The position numbers and the translations under genes are program-made. Source: Felis catus (taxonomy: Eukaryota). From it: a stretch of DNA of 64,000 nt. Each line of letters opens with the position of its first letter. Within the stretch, counting starts at the first letter, position 1. The notes below the pieces were generated by a model. The model worked only from the letters and a program-made list of their open reading frames with translations, was not told the DNA's origin and did not search any database. Shown piece by piece: positions 38,200-49,443 of the stretch. The stretch is from the NCBI RefSeq assembly GCF_018350175.1, contig NC_058368.1, positions 558,001-622,000 of the forward strand. The letters run 5' to 3'.

Positions 38200-40930
38200 A
38201 CTGTTGCCAGATTAGCCAGAGAAGAGGGCAGTTAGTTACTCCTCAACATCAGCAAAACCCCCTTATCTCTACCTCTCCTGTGAACACTTCCCAACCATCT
38301 TGCTCCACTTTGAGCCCTAGCTCCTTACTAAGATGGCTCACCACTGCCTCCTTCTAGGGATGGAAATTTCTCACCCTCAGAATTTACACCCCTAGGTTTA
38401 GAGGCAGGGTACAGGTAGGTCTTCCTTGCTCCCCATCACTGATTCCAACCAAATCTCTCTCCTGCCTAACCACCCCTGTCCTAGTTCTGTGTCTCATGTC
38501 CACAACTCACCCAACACGTACTCACCTTGCCAGGAGATAACTCCACTGCCTTAGCTTCAGTTTCCCAACCTACTCTATCCTCCCTCAGCCATGGACACCA
38601 ATGGACAAACTCTACAACTGGTCATTATCAATATGTGCAATTACCAATAACTGCAAACATCTCATTTTCAAAGCCTTTGAATCCAGAATGTGGGGAATTC
38701 TACAAAATAATTACCCTGGTCTACTGAAAAAGCCAATGCCATTTAATAAAATGCTATAGTATTCAGGGGTAAGATGCCATGATTTCTGCAATTAGCTTCA
38801 CATGGTACAGCAAAACATATACACACAAGTGGTTAAATATTAACAGTGATTGAATCTAGGTGCCTCTTCAGGTGGTCATCCTATTGTTCTTTCAAATGTC
38901 TCTATTTGGGGAAGCTGTTATAATAAAAGGTTTGGGGAGGTGGGGAGAACCCCACTTTCTTCAGACTGCTATATCTAGCTCATTCCTCTAACACCCTAAC
39001 TCCACCAACTGTACAGGGTCCTACAATTCATTAATCCATGTAGATTTTCTATGTCCCTCAAAACCTTATGGTCTTAATGCAGCTTAAACCAAGTTTCACC
39101 GCAGTGACTCTGGTTGCATATACTGTTGCCTCCATGCCCTCAGTCACTTTGTGGTATTCACCTGGATGACCACACCTCTTCTAAAATATAACTCTCCACC
39201 ACCTTACAACCAAAATGCTGAACAAGAAAATAATGCAAACAACTCTCATCTGAAATATATGATCTCTAACCTACATAGGCTCCCAAAGCAGTCCAGGAAC
39301 CAGACTACACTTCCCTAGTTCCTTTGCCTTTCACTCTCCTTCTCTCATCTCCCCAAACCTCCTACATCTTCACTCTCAGCTGACGACCAAGCTTTCACTT
39401 CACTGACAATACTAACATTAGGAGGGAGCTTCCTACCAACAGGTACCACACATTGAGCCTGGGTTCCACACCTTCAACCTTCTGCTACCAGGCACATGCT
39501 GTCCATGCTCCTGGCCAAGGCCAGACCCTCCCTTCATTCCCTAAATCCCCCCTTCTCTCATTTATGAACATTGCTCCAACAATTTCTTCCCACCTTCTCC
39601 TGCATCGGCATTTTCCTCTTTACTGAATCAATTCTGTCAATACAGAAACACTTGTTACTTTTCCCATTAAAACAAACAAAACAAAAACAAAAACAAAACA
39701 ACCTTCCCTACAGCCACTACCCCTTCTCTTTCCATTCACTGCAACATCTCTCCAGAAAGTTCTTATTCTCTATCTGAAACTTCTCATTCTCTCTTATCTA
39801 GTCAGGCTTTTACTTTCAACACATTCCTACATGGTAAATCCAATGACCAATTTTCAGCCCTCATCTAACTTAGCAGCAACCTTTGACATCGCTGGCCACT
39901 CTCTCCTCTGGGAAGTACTTTCTTTACTTGGCTCTCAGGACACCACACTGGCTTCCTTAACTCCATCCTCTGGTTGTCAATTTTCCTCCCCCCATCTTCT
40001 CACACTCTGGCTCAGTACGTGGATCTCTTTACTACCCACACTTTTAGCTTTGGTGAACTCTGCCAGCCCAAAGCTTTACCACACATCCTGATGACCCCTA
40101 AACTTTTAGCTCCAATCTGACCTTCTCCTGCTATGTACATAACTTCCCAGACAATATCTCAACCTGAGGGCTAATAGGCATTTCAAATTTACCCACCTAA
40201 ACCTGAGATCCTAATATCCACGCTTCCAAGAAATACATGCTCTTTTCTTGTGGTCTCTTACAATAAATGGAAACTCTATTATGCCAAATCACTACACTAC
40301 ACTTGGAAGCCATTTTTTTTAAAGTTTATTTATTTTTGAGAGAGAAAGAGACCGCATGAGCAGGTGAGGGGCAGAGAGAGAGAAGAGAGAGAGAAAGAGA
40401 ATCCTAAGCAGGCTTTGCATTGTCAGCAGAGAGCCTGATGCAGGGCTAGAAACTGTGAGGTCATGACCTGAGCCAAAACCAAAAGTCGGATGCTGAACCA
40501 ACTGAGCCACCCAGGAACCCTACTGGAAGCCATTCTTGACTCCTTCCTTGCTGTCACATCCAATATCCAGCTTATCAACAAATCCTATACACTTCTCAGC
40601 CCTCCACTGCTGCTTTTCCAGTCTAAAGCCCCTCTCATCTGTGGTGTGAATAACAGTAACAATCTCTTAACTGGCATTCCCAATCATGCCTATAACCTTC
40701 TCCTCCCCATTCAGTCTACAGTCAACAGCAGACAGAGTGACCTTACTAAAATAAAGGATCAGGCCCCCTCTTCAACCATAGCCCTCCATAGCTCCACTTC
40801 TCACTCAGAGGAAACACCCAAGGGCTTACAGGAATCAACTAAAGCCTAATGAACTCTGTCCCACCTCCCTCTATCACATCTCTGATCACATCCCCTACCA
40901 CTCTCCCCACTTCCTCTGCTCCAGCTCTAT
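38200..40930 (+). mobile_element. Long decayed L2 with nested fragments
   Basis: C/T-rich L2 ORF2-like sequence; SINE at 40315-40520 nested. Confidence 0.6.
40315..40521 (-). mobile_element. Can-SINE
   Basis: TSD tggaagccatt. Confidence 0.9.
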
Positions 40931-40991
40931 AAATTTGAGGGCTCAAATATTTAATATCTCCCTGACTTGACGAAACTGGCTCCAAACCTAC

Positions 40992-41234
40992 CATGGATCC
41001 ATCTTTTTTTGTGGCAGTCACACACGGACCCATCCTTACGTTGCTCTCTGTAGCTTCTGCTTTCTTCCAGGCGTCTAATCGGAATCTTTCCATCACTTTT
41101 ATTTCTTCCCTGAGGTCTGTGTTCTCTCTGACCAACATTTCTATTTGGCTTCTAAGACGGCCATGTGTGCTTGACCATTTTGCTTCCTTTCTTTTCAAAT
41201 CTTCCTGTAAATCTGCTATCTGCTGTTTCAAAGC
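40992..41234 (-). CDS. CENPJ: CENPJ exon 10, coiled coil ([20 protein letters not shown]...KKDGSM)
   Basis: 243 nt, phase 0-0; donor GTAGGT; acceptor is an atypical GAG, so the exact 5' edge is slightly uncertain. Confidence 0.9.
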
Positions 41235-41969
41235 CTCTCAAAACAAAACAACAACAACAAAAAATTACTAGAATAACGCACTAGAAGAAAAGAGATACAT
41301 CATCAAAACATAAGTGCTGCCATAGCACAGGCAGCAGAAAAGGGAAGGCTTGGTCAATCACATTTCAAAAACATCAAGTTTTTCATGAAAAGGGAATGGA
41401 GTTCAGGGTAAAGACTCACCTCATACCATCAACAAAACTGATTCCAGAAGAAGGAAGGCACTACTAAGGAGTTCACTGCAATAACACTGCCATGAGGTAA
41501 TAAAGGTCTACACTAAGCTATTAATTGAAATAGAAAGAAAGACAAATGGGAGATTATCTGGTAAAGAAAAAATTAACAGGAATCATGACTAATTGAATGA
41601 AGAGCTGAGGTAAAGGGATGAATAAAACATTCAAAGTCAAAACCACCAGCCCTGAAAGCAGATTCTGTTTCAGATTCATTAGAAGAAATGGGTTTTAAGA
41701 AACTGATCTGTTTCAGATGGACTAAATGACATTTGTGAAGAAACTCCTAGAAATGTCTAGAAGCAATTTGCAACTGTACAAATAAAAATCAAGACCAATG
41801 TCAAAACTAAGGAAAAATTCATCACCTACATGGCTTATGTGGGTGCATGATATGGGGAGTGCCTGAAAGCTGAGGCAAGGAGCATGAGCAGAAGCAAGAT
41901 CTCCTTGCCCACCACCTGAGAACTCACCTGAAGGCAGTGAGGAGCCCTAAGGAGCTCATTAATACGCAT

Positions 41970-43975
41970 GAAATAAAAAAGTACATGGCAGCAAATGAAA
42001 ATGAAAACATGACAGTCCAAAACCTTTGGGATGCAGCAATGGCAGTCCTAAGAGAAAAGTATATTGCAATCCAGGCCTACCTCAAGAAGCAAGAAAAGTC
42101 TCAAATACATGACCTAACCCTACACCTAAAGGATCTAGAAAAGGAGCAGCAAATAAAGTCTAAAGCCAGCAGAAGATGGGAAATAATAAAGAATAGAGCA
42201 GAAATAAATGATATTAAAACAACAAAACCCAGCAGAACAGATCAATGAAACTAAGAGCTGGTTCTTTGAAAGAATTAATAAAATTGATAAACCCCTAGGC
42301 AGACTTATCAAAAGGAAAAGAGAAAGGACCAAAACAAATAAAATCATGAATGAAACAGATCACAAACAACACCACAGAAATACAGACAACTGTAAGAGAA
42401 TATTATGAAAAATTATATGCCAAAAACTGGGCAATCTAGAAGAAACGGACAAATTCCTAGAAACATACAAACTACCAAAGCTGAAACAGGAAGAAATAGA
42501 AAATGTGAGCAGACCTATAACCAGCAAAGAAATTGAAACAGTAATCAAAAATCTCCAAACAAACAAGAGTAGTCCTGGGCCACATGGCTTCCCAAGGGAA
42601 TTCTACCAGACATTTAAAGAAAAGTTAATATATATTCTCGTCAAACTGTTCCACAAAACAGAAATGGAAGGAAAACTTCTAAACTCAATCTATGAGGCCA
42701 GCATTACCTGATTCCAAAACCAGACCAAGACCGCACTAAAAAGGAGAATTACAGGCCAACATCCCTGATGAATCTGGATGTAAAAATTCTCAACTAGATA
42801 TTAGCAAATCTAATCCAACAGTACATTAAAAGAATTATTCACCACGATGAAGTGGGATTTATTCCTGGGCTATAGGGGTGGTTCAGTATTCACAAATCCA
42901 TCACCATGATACACCACATTAATAAAAGAAAAGTACAAGAGCCATATGATCCTCTCAATTGATGCACAAAAAGCATTTGACAGAATAAAGGACCCATTCT
43001 TAACAAAAACACTCAACAAAGTAGGAATAGAGGGAACATACCTCAAAATCATAAAGGCCATATACGAAAGACCCACAGCTAATATCCTCCTCAATGGGGA
43101 AAAACTGAGAGCTTTGCCTCTACAGTCAGGAACAAGACGGGGATGTCCACTCTCACCATTTCTATTTAAACACAGTACTGGAAGTCTTAGTCTCAGCAAT
43201 CAAACAATGAAAAGAAACAAAAGGCATCCAAATCAACAAGGAAGAAGTCAAACAATCATTATTCGCAGACAACATGTTACTCTATGTAGAAAACCCGAAA
43301 TACTCCACCAAAAAACTGCCAGAACTAATACATGAATTCTGCAAAGTAACAGGATATGAAAATCAACATACAGAAATCTGTTGCCTTTTTATACACCAAT
43401 AATGGAGAAGAAAAAGAAATCAAGGAAGCGATCCCATTTGCAATAGCACCAAAAACTGTAAGATACCTAAGAATAAACCTAATCAAAGATTTGAAAATTA
43501 CAGAACACTTATGAAAGAAGTTAAAGACAACACAAAGAAGTGGAAGAACATTCCATGCTCATGGATTGGAATAACAAACATTGTTAAAATGTCTATACTA
43601 CCCAAAGCAACCTACACATTCAATGCAACCCCTATCAAAATACTACCAGAATTTTTCACAGAACTAGAACAAATAATCCTAAAATTTGTATGGAGACACA
43701 AAAGACCCCAAATAGCCAGAGCAATCCTGAAAAAGAAAAGCAAAATTGGAGGCATCACAATTCTGGACTTCAAGCTGTATTACAAAGCTGTAGTCATCAA
43801 GACAGTATGGTACTGGCACAAAAACAGACATATAGATCAATGGAACAGAATAGAGAACCCAGAAATGGACCCACAAACGTATGGCCAACTAATCTTTGAG
43901 AAAGCAGGACAGAATATCCAATGGAAAAAAACAACAAACAGTGCTGGGAAAATTGGACAGTAATATACAGAAGAA
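41970..43975 (+). mobile_element. L1 ORF2 internal fragment, truncated at both ends
   Basis: RT peptides ([22 protein letters not shown]); no 3'UTR or poly(A). Confidence 0.92.
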
Positions 43976-44529
43976 AACTTTTTGGCTTTTCAAAAATAAA
44001 TAAATAGTTAAGAGTTTGCAAGTATTAATAACTGGGGGAAAAGAGGCCCGAAAGCTATGAGAAACATCAAAGACAAGCTAACTAAAACAGATTTTTACTA
44101 CAAGACCAGAAAGTCAAACCAATAAGTGAAAGAGAAAGGTAACTATTAGAGAAAAACATACAAATGTAGTGCTGGGAAAGATTGGTGAGCAAGTGCTCTA
44201 CCCAAAGGAAGAGTGCAGGATTTACAGTTAGTACAGAGGGCTTCAATTCATATAAATGAACAGAATTAACAGCATTTGGTATGTGGGACATTAAACAGGT
44301 CAATGCAACATGACACTGGCTTATTAATTCACCGATGCCGTTATTGTAGTCTTTTTTTTTTTTTTTTGGAAGACTTTGGTAAGAAAACAACTGATATATT
44401 TCACTCTAAAAGCCAAAACTACAAAAAATGTTCTTCATGTAGTATCTCAGATTGTTGAGTCAATGAATGATTAATAAATTGATACCCAATTTCTCTTTGA
44501 CACATCATATAACTCTGAGATCCTTACTA

Positions 44530-44772
<243 letters not shown>

Positions 44773-44909
44773 CTAAAGGGACCATCTTAATGGAGTAATC
44801 CACATGTGGTACAAAACGGAACACCAGGGACAGCCTAGGAATGCAGGAACTGCTGGTCTTAGTGAATCCATCTTCCATCCATCGTACTGAAACAGCTGTC
44901 AATTAATTC

Positions 44910-45500
44910 CATGAAGCATTCCCCCAATAAATATTCACTGAGCATTTGCTATGAATCAAGCACTACCCTAGGTACTGGAGAAACCACAGTGAAAAAAAAC
45001 AAACATCCTTATTCCCATGAAGCTTCTCATTCTAATGGGAGAGACATAATAATAAACGAGATAAAATATATGGTACATTAGTAAAGTGTTAAGGGGAAAA
45101 ATAATGCAAGTAAAGAGTGTAGGAAATAGCAAGGAGACTGAAATTATGGATGGGTCATCTTGCTGAGATAATATTTGAAGTAAAATCTGAAGGGACTGAG
45201 AGAACAGCCACGATGATATATGGACAAAACAGCTCGGGAAGAGGAAACACCACAGGCAAAAACCCCAGAGGTAGGAATATGCCTGATGTGTTCAAAGATC
45301 AGCTAGGAGGCCAGGGTAGCTAAAACAGAGCGAACAAGAGACAGAACAGCAGGAAAAAGTGTCAAAAAACAAACAAAACAGAGGGCCCAGATGAATTCAG
45401 GTCTTATAGACCAGTGTGGGGACTTTGGTGTTTAGCTTAGGAGAATGCTGATCAGAGAAACTGTCATAACCCAAGTTCATTCTGAGGCTCTGTTAAGAAC
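44910..45500 (-). mobile_element. L2 3' portion
   Basis: aaatattcactgagcatttgctatg...ctaggtactggaga. Confidence 0.7.
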
Positions 45501-45504
45501 ATAT

Positions 45505-48005
45505 GGAGAGTGACGCCGGCCAGATAGTGGAATAGGACGTCCCCGGCTCACATCTCCCTACACAAACAACAATCTGACAGCCAACCACAGATAAAACTGC
45601 TTTTGTGAGAGCTCTAGGATCCAGGTAGGAGGTTGAGAAACCCCAGTGAAGCCTAAGGCTGAGGACAGCCACTTTGAGAAGACAGTCTCATGGCCCAGTG
45701 GCAGGCTTACCAAACGTGGTCCTAGCTACAGGCCTAAAACAGCCCAGTCTGTCTGGAGGCTCCGCTCCAGCCCCATCTGCCAAAGGACCCAGGAGGAGCC
45801 ACACCCAACTGTGTCCCTGGTAACAGGCCCACAGACCTCAGTCGTGACTATAAAATCAGAAACAGTCCTGTAACCTGGCTCCAGCCCTGCTCTATTGTGG
45901 TACTGGAGTCAGTCCTGCTCACCCAGGGACCCAGCAGGAGGACTGAGGAGCCTAGGAGGAAGCTGCTCAAAACCTGTAGGAGCCACACCCATTCTCACTC
46001 CTGGTAACAGACCCACTGTCTGCACACTCAACAGTGGACCTGAAAGCAGCCCCATGATGTAGCTTCAGCCCTGCTGGACTCTGGTCCTAGAGCAGTCCTG
46101 TGCAACTGAGGATCTGGTAGGAACCACATCCGTCATGTCCCTGTTCACAGACCTGCCAATTAAGGACACTGTGGACTCAGCAGTAGGCACACTACAACCC
46201 CACTCAATTATGATCCTGGAGGCAGACCATCAGTCCAGGCATCCAGCAAGAGAAGGTCTTTACCTGCCAAAACTGGTCTGTTAAGACAAAAAGAGCTTTT
46301 TGGCCTTTCAAATGCAAAAATGTCAACACAAGAATTAGGCAAATGTGACACCACCAAAGGAAACTAGTAAATTAACAAGGCTCCAGTAACCAATCCAAAG
46401 AAATGCAGATCTAGGAACTGACAAAGAATTCAAAATAATTGTTTTAAAGAGTAAACTACAAGAGAACACAGATAAGGGCACCTGGGTGGCTCAGTCGGTT
46501 GAGCGTCTGACTTCGGGCTCAGGTCAGGATCTCATGGTTCGTGAGTTCAAGCCCCACGTCGGGCTCTGTGCTGACAGCTCAGAACCTGGAGCTTGCTTTG
46601 GATTCTGTGTCTCCCTCTCTCTCTGCCCCTCCCCCCACTCGTGCCATGTCTTTCTTTCAAAAATAAACATTAAAAAATAATTTTTTTGACAAAAAAAAAA
46701 AGAGAACACAGATAAACAACTCCACAAAATCAGGAAAATAATACCTGGGAAAAAAAAAAACAAACAACAAGTTCAACAAAGAGACAGAAATCATTAAAAA
46801 AAAACCCAAAACTATAGTTACTTAAAACTAAATAAATAAATAAAACTTAAGGGGTGCCTGGCTGGCTCAGTCAGAAGACCATGTAACTCTTGATCTCAGG
46901 GTCACGAGTTCAAGCCCCACAGGGGATGTAGAGATTACTTAAAAATAAATAAAATAAATAATACAAAAACAGAAATTCTGGAGCTAAAGAATACATGAAT
47001 AAAGTGTAAAATACAATAGAGAATTTCAACAGCAGACTTAAGCAGAAGAAAGAATCTGTGAACTCAAAAACAGATAATTTGAGGTTAGCCAGTCAGAGGA
47101 GAAAAAAGAAAAATAATGAAAAAGAGTGAAGAAAGCCCATGGGATCTATGGAGCACTACAAAAGAACCAATATGCTCATTATGGAAGTCTCAGAAAGAAA
47201 AAACAAGCAAAATCAACAACCCCCTTAGAAGACTAAGAAAGACAGAAGACTCGAATAAAATCATAAATGAAAGAGGACATGTTGCAATAGATGCCCCAGA
47301 AATAAAAAGGATCATATTATGAACAATTATATCCCCAAATCTGGATAATCTAGAAGAAACAGACAAATTCCTAGAAACATACAACCTACAAAACTGAATC
47401 TAGAAGAAACAGAAAGGCTGAAGAGACCCATAATAAGGAGATTGAATCAGAAATCAAAAACCTCCCAAGAAAGAAAAGTTCAGGACCAGATGGCTTCCCA
47501 GGTAAATTCCAGCAAACATTCAAAAAATAATTAATACCAATCCTTCCTGAACTTCTTCCAAAAAAAGAGAAGAAACACTTCCAAACTCATTTTATTATGA
47601 GGGTAGTATCACTTGGATGCCAAAGTCAGACAGTGACACCACAAGAAAACTACAGGCCAATATCCCTGATGAATATAACATGTAAAAATCCTCAATAAAC
47701 ACTAGCAAACCAAATCCAACAGCACATTAAAAGGATTTACACCATGACGTAGTGGGATTCATCCCTGGAACATAAGGCTGGCTCAACATATCAAATCAAT
47801 TAATGTGATACAAACTGGTGCAGCCACTGTATAAAAGTTTGGAAGTTCTTCAAAAAATTAAGTATAGAATTACCATATGATCTAGCAATTCCAATCCTGG
47901 GTATATACCCCAAAGAACTAAAAACAGAGACCTGAACAGATATTTGTACACCAATGTTAGTAGCATTATTCACAATAATCAAAAGGTAGAAACAACCCAA
48001 ATGTT
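45505..48005 (+). mobile_element. Old L1 with 5'UTR, ORF1 remnant and doubly deleted ORF2
   Basis: GC-richer 5'UTR with tandem units; ORF1 motifs; ORF2 jumps at ~47195 and ~47805; no 3'UTR. Confidence 0.8.
46476..46960 (+). mobile_element. Two Can-SINEs (46476-46700, 46851-46960) in L1 ORF1
   Basis: SINE heads; TSD agagaacacagataa around the first. Confidence 0.9.
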
Positions 48006-48045
48006 TAGCTGTGAGCCAAGAAATGCCAAGGATTGCCAGCAACAC
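48006..48045 (+). mobile_element. MLT1 (MaLR) LTR fragment, left part
   Basis: gagccaagaaatgccaaggattgccagcaac matches recalled MLT1B/C consensus; only 40 nt. Confidence 0.65.
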
Positions 48046-49427
48046 ACTTCTCCTACCCCACCCCTCCCCGTCGGCCCTCACCTTCCCCAAGAAGATACTC
48101 TCCTCCAATACAAAGGAGATACTCTCCTCCACCTCCAAAAAGAAGAACGACTTCTCCCCCTCCCCCTCCTAAACAAAGGGCATTGCCATCTCCACCACCA
48201 AAGTGTGGGTTCTCCCATTCTCCACTTACCAAACAAAGAACCTCCCCAGTCACCAAGAGACATTCACATTCATTAATATCAAAGCACAGGAAAGGGTCTT
48301 CCCCAAGCCGATCTACCCAGGAGCCCCAGTTACCACAACCAAACAGCATTCACCCTCACAATGGCTTCGAGGTCCTCAGACCTCAAGTCCTCCACCTGTT
48401 CGAAGAGGAGCATCATCAATCACCCCAAAGTAGGCAGTCCCGATGTCCAAGTACTAGGCCCATCAGGAGAGTCTCCAGGACTCTGAAACCCAAAAACACA
48501 AAACAGGCTGCCTCACCAAGCCCTCAGTCTGTAAGGAAGGTTTCATCCTCCCAATCTGTCTCAGGATCTCCTGAGCCAACAATTAAAAAGCCCTCACCAA
48601 CTCAGTCTCCTGTCCAGTCTCAGTCACCCTTTACCAACTGGTCACCAGTGGTACCAGTCAAAAAGGCTAAAAGCCCAACACCAAGCCCATCTCTGGCGAG
48701 GAACTCAGACCCAGAAAGAGGTGGGAAGAAAAAGAAAAAGAAGGACAAGAAACACAAGGAGGATAAGAAGCACAAGAAGCACAAAAAACACAAGAAGGAA
48801 AAGGCCGTGGATGCACCTGCTGTGGCTGCTGTACCCCTGCAGCCATTGCTGCTCCCACAACCACATCAGCACAGCCGGAACCAGAGGCAGAGCCTGAGCC
48901 TAAGGAGACCAAAAGCGAGCCTGAAGACAATCTCGACGACTGAGAAAAGCACTTGAGTGAAAAGGCACTGAGGTCGATGTGGAAGGCTCAAGGGTCCCCA
49001 CAGTCTTAGGTGGGAATGTGTGTTATGATGTACATTTTATTTGGTCTGTACACAATTCAATTTCAAAATTGCTAAAATGTGTTTGAGCTTTAGACTATAA
49101 CATTTGTTGTAATAATTGCTAGGTTGAAGTTCACCATGTAAAAAAAAAAAAGGGCACGGATTTGCATTGCAAACCAAAGGTGTCCACAGTGTATTAGTGA
49201 CATTCTTTCATTGACAGCTGACATAAATTCATTTCAAGTGAAATATTTTAAGCCGAAAAAAAATCCCCTTTTAAAAAAAAGGAGGGTTTCAATATTGTGG
49301 GCATTCTTACAGTTTCTTTAAAGGCCTTGGTTATTCCTAGAGATTTTCCTTTCTTTTGGTTTTTTTTTTTTCTTTTTCTTTAATTTTTCTCATTTGAGTC
49401 TTAGCACCCATTTAAGTTATGATGCTT
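48046..49427 (+). pseudogene. SRRM1: Processed pseudogene of SRRM1 (SRm160): C-terminal CDS plus proximal 3'UTR, truncated at both ends
   Basis: PRRYSPPIQRRYSP, SKHRKGSSPSRST, TNWSPVVPVKKAKSP and KKHKKHKKHKKEKAV match SRRM1; uninterrupted; frameshifts; parental stop TAG at 49007-49009 followed by SRRM1-like 3'UTR; no poly(A). Confidence 0.93.
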
Positions 49428-49443
49428 GTAAACGTTGTAAACG

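Noticed and set aside
45794..46260. CRISPR-like or other prokaryotic repeat array
   Set aside because: Mammalian context; the units are long, degenerate and part of an L1.
48033..48956. A functional SR-rich splicing-factor gene
   Set aside because: No ATG, frameshifts relative to SRRM1, N-terminal PWI domain absent; treated as a pseudogene.
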